Source: a virus | Virus record (IMG/VR): IMGVR_UViG_3300012928_000001 | Location: 41,164-105,163 of that record | Length of the DNA stretch: 64,000 nucleotides | Direction: 5' to 3' (one strand) | Part shown: piece after piece, positions 1 to 8,615 of the stretch | Numbering within the stretch: position 1 is the stretch's first letter | Layout of the letters: every line of letters begins with the position of its first letter | Program-made: the position numbers and the translations under genes | Notes under the pieces: model-generated | Told to the model about the DNA's origin: nothing | The model's database searches: none | The model's input: only the letters and a program-made list of their open reading frames with translations

Positions 1-51
1 GACGGGCGGCTCCCCCGTGCGCCCCGTTGCCGGCTCGTGTAAGCTCGCCTC

Positions 52-1311
52 GTGGCAACGCTCACCGATGCTGATTGGTACACGCTCACCGGGGATACGT
101 ATGTCCAAAACACGGCGCAGCTTTTTGCCGCTAGTTTCGAGGACACGATCACTCGTGCGCTCGCAGTCTTTGGCCCACGCACTGGACCGTTTGGCGCCGA
201 GCTGGACAACGCGCAGCTTTACGGGATCTTGCAGACGCAGGGGATCACGTTCACGTCCGCGCAAGTGATCGACTCGGTCAACGTGCTTTTGCAGCGCGGG
301 ATCTTCTACCGCACGCTCGGCCCGAACCGTGCCGAGTACATCAAAGCCGAGAATCAGGTGCCGCCTTTTTCCGAGGGTGGTGCTGGCTTTGGCGACGCGG
401 CCACGAGCACGGCCGTCCCGGTGATCCGCCGCGGCCCTCAGGGGGAGCCCGGGCTGCAAGGCCCCGCCGGCCCCCAGGGGCCGCGAGGAATTCAGGGCAC
501 GACCGGCGTCCAGGGTCCCCAGGGAGCCACAGGCCCGGCCGGTGCCATGGGACCCCCAGGGCCCCAGGGCGACCCAGGGCCCGCGCTCGTGCCCGAGTCG
601 TTCGCGTGGGCGTCGACGCAGCTCATCACCGCGGTCGCCAACACCTTCTACCTCATCTTCCCGGGGGCGCCCTCGGGCATGTTGACGCTTCGGCTCCCGG
701 TCACGCCCCCGAACGGGACGCGGATCGGCCTGAGTCTCCCGACGAGCTCGCTCGCGGCGGCGGGGCAGCCCCTGACCTTGCTCGGCGGCGGCGCGACCAT
801 CTCGCTCCCGGTGGCCAATGAAGCCATGACTGTCCTCCTACAGCCAACCGATCCGCTGCTCCGCCCCGGCTTCGGATTGATCTTGACCTACTCGCAGAAT
901 GGCAATAGGTGGGTTACGTCTACCTGGTTTCAGGATGAGATCAATTTGCCGATTGGGCCTGATCGGCGAAACTCGTTTACGTCGACCGGAACTTACATCG
1001 ATCTCGAAACACTCGGTACGGTTGCCGAAGGCGAAGCGTTCACATTCGAGGGGTCGGTGTCCGCGAGCTATCAGACCGGAGCGGGCGCGCGCTTCGTGGA
1101 CATCATCCAAGTTCGTGGCACTGCTCGGCGCAACATGGGTGCACCCGGAACAACCGTGACAAGCAACATGCTTCCGAGCGGCAACCTACCCGGCGGCGAC
1201 GCGCGGATCTTCGTGGTCGCCGGACAGAACGACGTGCGTCTACAGGTTCGCACGACCACCGCGGGCCAGACGTTGATCGTCGCGTGGAATGGAATTTGGC
1301 GATCGCTGTGA
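52..1311 (+). CDS. Collagen-repeat protein (probable virion fibre/appendage)
   Basis: 17 consecutive G-X-Y triplets, followed by a beta-rich, Gly/Thr-rich C-terminal region. Confidence 0.7.
   Translation: MATLTDADWYTLTGDTYVQNTAQLFAASFEDTITRALAVFGPRTGPFGAELDNAQLYGILQTQGITFTSAQVIDSVNVLLQRGIFYRTLGPNRAEYIKAENQVPPFSEGGAGFGDAATSTAVPVIRRGPQGEPGLQGPAGPQGPRGIQGTTGVQGPQGATGPAGAMGPPGPQGDPGPALVPESFAWASTQLITAVANTFYLIFPGAPSGMLTLRLPVTPPNGTRIGLSLPTSSLAAAGQPLTLLGGGATISLPVANEAMTVLLQPTDPLLRPGFGLILTYSQNGNRWVTSTWFQDEINLPIGPDRRNSFTSTGTYIDLETLGTVAEGEAFTFEGSVSASYQTGAGARFVDIIQVRGTARRNMGAPGTTVTSNMLPSGNLPGGDARIFVVAGQNDVRLQVRTTTAGQTLIVAWNGIWRSL
433..585 (+). repeat. Collagen-like (G-X-Y)17 repeat
   Basis: [51 protein letters not shown]. 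Confidence 0.95.
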
Positions 1312-1336
1312 CTCGCATGATCGTTCGGCCTACAGT
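1307..1336 (+). promoter_or_regulatory. Conserved phage promoter motif, copy 1
   Basis: TGTGAC-N18(ending TTCGGCC)-TACAGT; 5 nt before GTG 1342. Confidence 0.75.
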
Positions 1337-1341
1337 AGGCC

Positions 1342-1626
1342 GTGCCACGCAAAAAGACATACGACCCCAGCCGGGGTAAGCAGACCTGCAAGCGCTGCGG
1401 CACCGAAGCCCGGCCGCTCCGCCACAACAAAACGTGCGCGCTTTGTGGGGTCACGTGTTGCATGAATCAGCCCGGCACCGTCTCCGGCTTGGTCTGCGAA
1501 AAGCCGACCCGGCAGTCTCGCCGTAGCCGCCGGATAAACCCGGAGGGCGTGTGGGTGACCAAGGTTTTTTGCTCACAAAAATGCGTCGACAACTTCGCCG
1601 TTGTGCAGACGATCAGAGGTCTTTGA
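1342..1626 (+). CDS. Small Cys-rich (Zn-finger-like) hypothetical protein
   Basis: CxxC pairs and FCSxxC motif; begins directly after promoter motif. Confidence 0.6.
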   Translation: MPRKKTYDPSRGKQTCKRCGTEARPLRHNKTCALCGVTCCMNQPGTVSGLVCEKPTRQSRRSRRINPEGVWVTKVFCSQKCVDNFAVVQTIRGL

Positions 1627-1627
1627 C

Positions 1628-1999
1628 ATGAACGAAAACGAGCTACTTCAATCCGTATTCAGCAAATGCCCCGTGTGCGAGGGCCCGGTCGACATCACCA
1701 CGGCGGAGACCGTGAGCGTGCCGCGAACAGACGGGGGCGACTTCACCGAAGTCGTGGTGGTCTGCTCGGAGAGCTGCGCCGCCGCGGCCGAGACCATCGC
1801 AGCGATCGAGGCCGACGACGGCCGCCACCGCGAGCACGAGGAAGAGCCCGAGGCCGACGTGAAGCCCGGAGCCAAGTTCCACGCGTACACGCTCGACGAG
1901 TTCAAGCGGCCCGAGCCTGACGAGGCCGACGACATCTCGCGCAAGTCGATGGCCGAGCTCATGGCCGGCGAGCTCCAAGAGCGCAGCGACGCATACTGA
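1628..1999 (+). CDS. Hypothetical protein, CxxC...CSxxC motif and acidic tail
   Basis: ATG 1628 follows previous stop; high GC3 codon usage. Confidence 0.6.
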   Translation: MNENELLQSVFSKCPVCEGPVDITTAETVSVPRTDGGDFTEVVVVCSESCAAAAETIAAIEADDGRHREHEEEPEADVKPGAKFHAYTLDEFKRPEPDEADDISRKSMAELMAGELQERSDAY

Positions 2000-2025
2000 C
2001 TCGGGTGTGGTAGGCTGGGCGCTCC

Positions 2026-2592
2026 ATGACCGCGCCTAACCTCGAACACATCGTGACGCCGTTGCGCCAGTTCGCCGTCCCGATTTCCGACCTGACCCCG
2101 GACCCGAAAAACGTCCGAATCCACAGCAAGCGCAACCGCGATGCGCTGCGCGTCAGCTTGACGAAATACGGGTTCATTGAGCCGATCATCGTCCAGCGGC
2201 AGGGCATGATCATCCGCGCGGGGAACTGTCGCACGAAGCTCGCGGGAGAGCTCGGATGGACCCACGTCCCCGCGCTCATCGTCGACCACAACGACGTCGA
2301 GGCGACGGCCTTCGCCATCACGCACAATCGCACAGGCGAGCTCGGCGAGTGGGATGAGAAGGCCCTCGCGCAACAGCTCGCGGAGCTGCAAGCGAGCTCG
2401 ATCGAGCTGTTCACGACGACGGGTTTTGACGCGGCCGAGGTCGATAGGCTGCTCGGGACCCCGCTCGTGATTCCTGACGACCCCGTCGAAGAGCTGACCC
2501 CGCCGGACAGCTTCCCGGAGATCGACGGGACCGAGCCCACCGATCACCGCTGCCCCTCGTGCGGCTACGAATGGAACGGGAAGTCGAAGTGA
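2026..2592 (+). CDS. ParB/Sulfiredoxin-like N-terminal domain protein with C-terminal Zn ribbon
   Basis: ISDLTPDPKNVRIH...SLTKYGFIEPIIV...IRAGNCR...HNRTGELGEWD; terminal CPSCGYEW. Confidence 0.85.
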   Translation: MTAPNLEHIVTPLRQFAVPISDLTPDPKNVRIHSKRNRDALRVSLTKYGFIEPIIVQRQGMIIRAGNCRTKLAGELGWTHVPALIVDHNDVEATAFAITHNRTGELGEWDEKALAQQLAELQASSIELFTTTGFDAAEVDRLLGTPLVIPDDPVEELTPPDSFPEIDGTEPTDHRCPSCGYEWNGKSK

Positions 2593-2843
2593 TCGAGCAG
2601 CTCCGCCGTCGGCTCGACTATACCGACCGCCTACTGGTCCGGCTGCTCTCGCAGCGGTCGGGTCTCGTGGCCAAGGTCCAGCGCGCCCGCGCAGCCGGGG
2701 GCGGGCCCTCGCGGGACCCTGAGCGTGAGGAGGTCGTGCGAGCCCGCGCCGAGCAGCTCGCCCGCGAGCTCGGGGGCTACCCGCCCGATGTTGTGCTCAC
2801 GATCTTCGAGATTCTGTTCGCCAACGCGGAGCGGGCCCAATGA
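2589..2843 (+). CDS. Chorismate mutase, AroQ/type II
   Basis: LRRRLDYTDRLLVRLLSQR...RAR...RDPEREEVV...Q pattern matches AroQ catalytic residues; GTGA overlap with upstream stop and ATGA overlap with downstream start. Confidence 0.85.
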   Translation: MIEQLRRRLDYTDRLLVRLLSQRSGLVAKVQRARAAGGGPSRDPEREEVVRARAEQLARELGGYPPDVVLTIFEILFANAERAQ

Positions 2844-3928
2844 AGCCGCCGTACTACGTGCCGACCATGGCTGTGGTCGAGGCCGCGCGGGGGACCAATG
2901 GCTACACCGCGGTCTCGACGTTCTCGGGCGCGGGCGGCAGCTGTCTCGGGCACACCCTCGCCGGCTTCGCTGTGCTGTGGGCGAATGAGTTCATTCCCGC
3001 TGCGCAAGATACCTACATGCGGAATCATCCTACCTCGCATCTCGATACCCGAGACGTGCGAGAGGTGCAGGGCGCCGACATCCTGAACGCGGTCGGAAAA
3101 GACATCGGGGAGATCGATCTTTTCGATGGCAGCCCGCCGTGCTCCGCGTTCTCGAATGCGGGGAGTCGGGGCCAGCAGTGGGGAAAGATCAAAGGCTACA
3201 GCGACACCAAACAGCGGGTTGATGATCTGCTCTTCGAGTTCGCGCGTCTCGTCGCGTTCACGCGCCCGCGGGTGTTCGTCGCTGAGAACGTTGGGGGGTT
3301 GCTCCGCGGTAAGGGGTTGGGACGGTTTCGGGAGCTCGTCAAGCGTCTGCCGGGGTACACGATCCGCGCTCAGACCATGGACGCGGTTTGGATGGGCGTC
3401 CCCCAACGCCGCGAGCGGGCGATCATCATCGGTGTTCGCAGTGATCTAGGAGTGCCGCCAGCATTCCCGAAGCCGCTGAAATACTACTACACGGCCGGAG
3501 ACGCGCTCCCGTGGCTACGCGCTCCCGCGGGCACCCGCGTTGCGCGTCTGGGCGAGATCACCGATCGCGTCCCTCTAGCCAAGAGCCGGCGCGAGGGCAA
3601 AAAGTACAACACCTACGAAGTGCTCCCACATAGGCCCTGTCCCACCGTCACCGTGGCGAGCGATGGCAATGACCTGTTTATCATCGGTCCGACTGAGCAG
3701 GAAGCCAATGCTGGCATCATCGCGCCCGCGGACCCGCGGAAGATCAATATCTCCGAGCTCCGCCGCCTGTGTGGCTTTCCTCCAGACTTCCAGCCTACTG
3801 GGTCGTTCTCGAAGCAATATGAGCGACTCGGCCGCGCTGTTCCGCCACCCATGATGTGCGCCGTAGCCTCGACGATCCGCGATGCTGTGCTACGAAAAGC
3901 AGACCATGGGCAGCAACAGCAGCATTGA
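2840..3928 (+). CDS. C5-cytosine DNA methyltransferase family; predicted DNA carboxymethyltransferase
   Basis: Motif I FSGAGG, IV GSPPCSAFS, VI ENV, VIII QRRER, IX ELRRLCGFP, X variant ERLGRAVPP (Asn to Arg). Confidence 0.92.
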   Translation: MKPPYYVPTMAVVEAARGTNGYTAVSTFSGAGGSCLGHTLAGFAVLWANEFIPAAQDTYMRNHPTSHLDTRDVREVQGADILNAVGKDIGEIDLFDGSPPCSAFSNAGSRGQQWGKIKGYSDTKQRVDDLLFEFARLVAFTRPRVFVAENVGGLLRGKGLGRFRELVKRLPGYTIRAQTMDAVWMGVPQRRERAIIIGVRSDLGVPPAFPKPLKYYYTAGDALPWLRAPAGTRVARLGEITDRVPLAKSRREGKKYNTYEVLPHRPCPTVTVASDGNDLFIIGPTEQEANAGIIAPADPRKINISELRRLCGFPPDFQPTGSFSKQYERLGRAVPPPMMCAVASTIRDAVLRKADHGQQQQH

Positions 3929-4619
3929 TCACACCCCCGAGGACCGCTGGGTCTTTGACGAGTCCGTCGCGGATTGCTTCGAGGACATGTTGTCCCGATC
4001 CATCCCACAACACGACGAGATGCGCCGACTCGTCGGCAACGTCGGCGGGGTCGGGGTGGCCGACGGGACCCTTGTCGTTGACTTGGGATGTAGCCTCGGT
4101 CAGGCGATTGTCGACGTGCGCCGAGTAGCTCTCTCGCGTGGCATCAATGCGGTGTATCATGGGCTGGAGACGAGCGCTCCGATGCTTGATCGTGCCAAAG
4201 CGCGATTCGACTCTGTCGATGTCTTTGTAACGAACGAAGATGTGCGGACATGGAACGGCGACAACTGTAGCGTGGTGCTGGCAGTGCTTACGCTACAGTT
4301 CATCCCGATCAACTACCGACAGCAAATCATCCGCAACGTATTCGAGTCCCTGAACCCCGGTGGGCGCTTCGTGCTCGTCGAGAAAGTGCTGGGCGAAGGG
4401 GCGCAGGTCGATGATCTCATGGTCGCGCACTATCACCACAACAAACTCCAACAGGGCTATTCGAGGCAAGCTGTACGAGCGAAAGCGGAGTCCCTCGAAG
4501 GTGTGTTGGTCCCGGTGACTGCTGGCATGAACGAATCGATGCTTCGCCGTGCGGGCTTCCGTGAGGTAGACTGCTTTTGGCGATGGATGAATTTCGCGGC
4601 ATGGGTGGCGATCAAGTAG
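3906..4619 (+). CDS. cmoA: CmoA-like carboxy-S-adenosyl-L-methionine synthase
   Basis: WVFDESVADCFEDMLSRSIP, DLGCSLG, TLQFI, LNPGGRFVLVEK, GYS...K..LEGV, AGF...NF follow CmoA along its whole length. Confidence 0.85.
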   Translation: MGSNSSIDHTPEDRWVFDESVADCFEDMLSRSIPQHDEMRRLVGNVGGVGVADGTLVVDLGCSLGQAIVDVRRVALSRGINAVYHGLETSAPMLDRAKARFDSVDVFVTNEDVRTWNGDNCSVVLAVLTLQFIPINYRQQIIRNVFESLNPGGRFVLVEKVLGEGAQVDDLMVAHYHHNKLQQGYSRQAVRAKAESLEGVLVPVTAGMNESMLRRAGFREVDCFWRWMNFAAWVAIK

Positions 4620-4813
4620 CCTGCGAACACCCGAGCCCCACAGAGCTCGTGCCCGGCGTGAAGTTGTGTCGGGGCTGTGGGGCTCTCCATGTGAACGGTC
4701 GATGGGGGCGCGTCCCGTTGCCCCCAAAGCCGTGCTGTGAGGAGTGCGAGCAGAACCGTCGACGGCTCGCCGATACTTGGTACAGAGAGCGTAAGTGTGC
4801 AGGTTGCAAATGA
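4601..4813 (+). CDS. Small Cys-rich hypothetical protein
   Basis: Three CxxC-type motifs; start uncertain. Confidence 0.35.
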   Translation: MGGDQVACEHPSPTELVPGVKLCRGCGALHVNGRWGRVPLPPKPCCEECEQNRRRLADTWYRERKCAGCK

Positions 4814-5132
4814 GATCCGGCGCGCGTTTCTCCGCGCCCAAATGCGCGTTGATCTGGAGCGCAACCTAGACGCGCTAGCAGATGCGCATGGGGTGAGCGT
4901 CGAGTACGTCGCGGGTATGATCAAACACGTGATCGAGACCTGCGCGGGGGACCACGTTGACATGCTCTTCGCCGTAGACAGTCGGCTCCAGCGGGGCGTG
5001 CATGTCGAGCCCGTCGCGCCCCTGACCGAGACCGTCAACAAAGTACAGGCGGCGCTGTCGTCAGGCCTGAAAGACGTGGTATCGTCTGGCCCGAATGCGC
5101 TACAGCGTGAAAGTCTTCGCCGTCCGGTGTGA
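4797..5132 (+). CDS. Hypothetical protein
   Basis: ORF in operon context; start uncertain (GTG 4797). Confidence 0.45.
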   Translation: MQVANEIRRAFLRAQMRVDLERNLDALADAHGVSVEYVAGMIKHVIETCAGDHVDMLFAVDSRLQRGVHVEPVAPLTETVNKVQAALSSGLKDVVSSGPNALQRESLRRPV

Positions 5133-5331
5133 CGAGAAGGGCCGGCGCCTGCCCACCCCCGAGGGCAAAAAGCCCTACGTCGCCCAGGACCGGGTTCACG
5201 TCGAGGCCCAGGGACACGATGCCGCCAAGGCAGCTGCGCGCGCCGAGCTGTCCAAGGGCCGTGGCCGGGTCATCTCGATCAACTTCGAAAGCGATACCGC
5301 GCTCGTGGCGTACGTGGAGAGCAGCAAATGA
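5095..5331 (+). CDS. Hypothetical protein
   Basis: High GC3 codon usage; ATGA overlap with next gene. Confidence 0.55.
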   Translation: MRYSVKVFAVRCDEKGRRLPTPEGKKPYVAQDRVHVEAQGHDAAKAAARAELSKGRGRVISINFESDTALVAYVESSK

Positions 5332-5693
5332 GTCGCCGTGCAATCATTGGTAACGAGGCCGATCTAACGCGGCATCTCCCGACCGACCCCAACGACCCCG
5401 ACACGCTCGTCACGGGCAATTCGGAGACCTACGATGTGTCGCGGTTTCAGATGCAGACGGCGGCGGTACACTTCGGTTTTGACGCGGGCTCTTCTGGCGA
5501 CTACACGCTACAGGGAGCCGTTGGTAGTTCGAGTCCTTGGGTGGATATTCAATCGAACATCACAAGCGATACGCTGATCAACTTCTCGGAGCCGCCGAAT
5601 AATCATTACTGGGCTCGGTTGCGTGTTGTTGTGAATACTGTAGGCGCCGAAGATGATACAATCACCCTCGGCGCGCACGAGTACGTTTGGTAG
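5328..5693 (+). CDS. Hypothetical beta-sandwich-like protein (possibly virion)
   Basis: Coupled start; beta-rich pattern ending in ARLRVVV. Confidence 0.6.
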   Translation: MSRRAIIGNEADLTRHLPTDPNDPDTLVTGNSETYDVSRFQMQTAAVHFGFDAGSSGDYTLQGAVGSSSPWVDIQSNITSDTLINFSEPPNNHYWARLRVVVNTVGAEDDTITLGAHEYVW

Positions 5694-5713
5694 TCGCAAA
5701 AAGGAAATAAAAG

Positions 5714-6628
5714 ATGCCCGGCCGCAATCCAGTTTTTCCTGCCCCGCGAGATATTCGTCGTCAAACGTACTATCCCGGCGTTTCGCTATCGCTTGCCGAG
5801 ATGGTCGCGCTCGGCCATATCGCGGGCGCAAAAATTGTGCACTTTACCGGACGCCGAGAAGATGTAGACGGTGAGGCCGAAGCATGGTCGGCACTCCTAC
5901 CGACTACGCGTGCCCCATACCGGCCCGATATTTCTGGCGGACCTATTGGGTGGACTCCCGAGCCTTTGACGGCGCAGAGTACTTCGTCAGATGACGGGGG
6001 CGCCGGATCGGGTGCGCAGGTACTACTAGTTGAATACCTGAACGCGGATGGGTTTGAACGCATTGGTCTCGCACTGCTCGCGGGAACGGGGACAGTACCG
6101 GTTCTCGAAGCAACGTCACAAGGTGTTGGTAATGCAAACACCATTGTCCCGTTGATGCCTCCAACGCCTGCTACGGGAGTACGCGTAAACCGCGTAACAG
6201 TAGTTGCCGGTGGTGTGCCAGCAGGGAACTGCACCGTCGAACTTGGTGGTCAAGCTGCACAGCGGCTGCTTCCGGGTCAAGCGCTGTCATCGACAAGTCG
6301 CTTTACTGTGCCACGTGGATTTATTGGGTTGATTCACGGTCTCGGCTATGGTGTTGATCGTGAACAGCGGGGGCTCGTGCGTGTTTATGCACAGCCGCTC
6401 GGGCGGCTGGACTATGAGTTCACCGCCTACGAGGCCAGTAACGGTGCCCTTGCGGTACCGCTTGCAGAGCCAATTCGGCTAGCACCGCTGGGTGAGTTGG
6501 GACTAACTTTTGAAAAGGACTCGGGTGGTGGAAACATCGATGTATCCAGCATTCTGCAACCGATCTTCCTCCCGGATCCCAACGACCCTGATCCAGCGCC
6601 AGAACGACAAGCGCCGCCGTTGGGCTGA
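5714..6628 (+). CDS. Hypothetical protein (possibly virion)
   Basis: 304 aa ORF with AAGGA SD upstream; unusually AT-rich third codon positions. Confidence 0.65.
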   Translation: MPGRNPVFPAPRDIRRQTYYPGVSLSLAEMVALGHIAGAKIVHFTGRREDVDGEAEAWSALLPTTRAPYRPDISGGPIGWTPEPLTAQSTSSDDGGAGSGAQVLLVEYLNADGFERIGLALLAGTGTVPVLEATSQGVGNANTIVPLMPPTPATGVRVNRVTVVAGGVPAGNCTVELGGQAAQRLLPGQALSSTSRFTVPRGFIGLIHGLGYGVDREQRGLVRVYAQPLGRLDYEFTAYEASNGALAVPLAEPIRLAPLGELGLTFEKDSGGGNIDVSSILQPIFLPDPNDPDPAPERQAPPLG

Positions 6629-6635
6629 GTAGAAC

Positions 6636-8615
6636 ATGAGTGCTCTAGACGCTTTTTTTGCTACTGAGTTGCCGCCTCAACGCTCCTCGGTAGAAAAAGT
6701 CGACACAGCAAATGACGCCGTAAGTAAGGGGTCTGTGCGTACGTCATACACGGGACGAGACGGTACAGAGCGAAGCAACGTACTACAGACAGACGCAGGG
6801 ACGCGACGGTTGTTCGCACGGCATGGTGCCATTGAGCCGCCTTTGGACCCTATTATGCTTGCGCATTTGCACGAGATGAGTGGGGCGCTGCGCTCAAACA
6901 TCGATGCATATGTCACTAACATTGACGGTTTCAGCCACACGTTTGAGCCGTCACTAGATCTTGACGATGACGAGACCCGCGAGCGCATCGCCCAGGCCAT
7001 GCTCGAAGAGCGGATCCTCGGGGTGGTCCAAGAGGCGAGTGTCGAGGAGCAGGCCAAGCGCCTGCTGAAAGAGTTCGCCGCCGCGAATGATGGGGAGGAT
7101 GGAGAGCCGACCGGGGCCGACGATCAAGCCCCCCTCGACGTCACGCCACCGACCGATGCCGAGGTCGAGGCACGGATCGACGCCATCCGCCGGGAGATGA
7201 TCCGCGAGCGCATGCGGCTCGAACGGTTTTTTGAGTTCTGCTGCGTCACGGAGAGTTTCATGTCTCTTCGCATGCGCACGCGGCAGGACATCGAGCTGAT
7301 CGGGAATGGCTATTGGGAGGTGCTGCGCAACTCCAACGGCGACATCGTGCAGTTCACGTATGTGCCAGCATTCACGGTGCGACTACTCCCGGCCGACAAG
7401 GACCCGATCGAGGTCGAGATGCCGGTGAAGCTCACCGCCATCACGGAGAACACCGAGACCGTCGTTCGCCGCTTCCGCCGATTCTTGCAGATCAGCGAGA
7501 CCCGCGAGCGCACGGTGATCTACTTCAAGGAGTTCGGCGACCCACGCGTGGTGAGCTCGAAGACCGGCGAGGTCTACGAAACCCCCGAACTACTGGCAAA
7601 GGCGGAGGGCGACACTCGCCCCGCTACCGAGATGATCCACTTCAAAGTTCACAACTCCCGGACGCCCTACGGCGTGCCCCGGTGGGCGAGTGAGCTGCTC
7701 GGAGTGCTCGGCAACCGCAACGCCGACGAGGTCAACCTCGCGTACTTCGAGAACCGTGCGATCCCGCCGATGATCCTCACCGTCTCGGGTGGTCGTCTCG
7801 CGGGTGACTCCGCGACGGTCTTTGAGAACTACTTCAAATCCCAGATCCGCGGCAAGCGGCACCATCACAGTGTGGCGATTGTCGAGGCCGAGCCCCCGGG
7901 ACTCGCGGGCGGCATGACGAACGGCACCGTCAAGCTCGACGTGATCAAGCTGCGCGATGTCCAGCAGGATGACGCGATGTTCATGGGCTACCGCGAGGCC
8001 AACGTCGACGCGATCGGCTCCGTGTTCCGCATGCCCCGGCTGCTCCGCGGCGACGTGCGAGACTTCAACCGCGCGACCGCCCAGACCGCCCTCGACTTCG
8101 CCGAAATGCAGGTGTTCGCACCGCTCCGCGCTGAGTTCGATTTCACGATCAACCGGCAGATCCTCGCCGACTTTGGCGTGCGGTTTTGGAAGTTCAAGAG
8201 CGGCACGCCGGACTTCTCCGACCCCGCCGAAGTGCTGCAAAATCTCCAGCTCGCGGAGAAGTACCTCGTGCCCAACGAACAGCGCGAGGCGGCCGCGGGA
8301 GCCCTCGGCCGCGAGCTCGAAAAGCTCGACGCGGCCTGGGCCCGGGAGCGTCCTCTCGCCGTCACGCTCGCCGCCATCGAGCGCAAGACGAACCTGGTCG
8401 ACGTCGACGGCGAGGCCCTGCCCGAGCAGGAGCCCCCGCCCCCACCCGAGGCCAAGCCGCTCGCGGGCGGGCCCCCAGGAGTCGACGAGGGCGAGGAAGA
8501 GCAGGCCAAGGCTATCCGCAAGAGCGTCGACGAGCGCGTGCGCGACCTGATCGAGCTGCGCGACGCCGCCGATCGGCTCGGGTTCCTGTCGACCAAGGAC
8601 ATGCTCGATGTGTGA
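6636..8615 (+). CDS. Phage portal protein (PBSX-like)
   Basis: DIELIGNGYWEVLRN, EMIHFK...TPYGVPRW, YFENRAIP, DFNRATA; first gene of the head module. Confidence 0.9.
   Translation: MSALDAFFATELPPQRSSVEKVDTANDAVSKGSVRTSYTGRDGTERSNVLQTDAGTRRLFARHGAIEPPLDPIMLAHLHEMSGALRSNIDAYVTNIDGFSHTFEPSLDLDDDETRERIAQAMLEERILGVVQEASVEEQAKRLLKEFAAANDGEDGEPTGADDQAPLDVTPPTDAEVEARIDAIRREMIRERMRLERFFEFCCVTESFMSLRMRTRQDIELIGNGYWEVLRNSNGDIVQFTYVPAFTVRLLPADKDPIEVEMPVKLTAITENTETVVRRFRRFLQISETRERTVIYFKEFGDPRVVSSKTGEVYETPELLAKAEGDTRPATEMIHFKVHNSRTPYGVPRWASELLGVLGNRNADEVNLAYFENRAIPPMILTVSGGRLAGDSATVFENYFKSQIRGKRHHHSVAIVEAEPPGLAGGMTNGTVKLDVIKLRDVQQDDAMFMGYREANVDAIGSVFRMPRLLRGDVRDFNRATAQTALDFAEMQVFAPLRAEFDFTINRQILADFGVRFWKFKSGTPDFSDPAEVLQNLQLAEKYLVPNEQREAAAGALGRELEKLDAAWARERPLAVTLAAIERKTNLVDVDGEALPEQEPPPPPEAKPLAGGPPGVDEGEEEQAKAIRKSVDERVRDLIELRDAADRLGFLSTKDMLDV

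Noticed and set aside
3906-4619. cmoA as evidence of host DNA or of a tRNA cmo5U pathway
   Set aside because: No cmoB or host operon context in the window; it overlaps a DNA MTase among phage genes. A tRNA role via host CmoB cannot be fully excluded.
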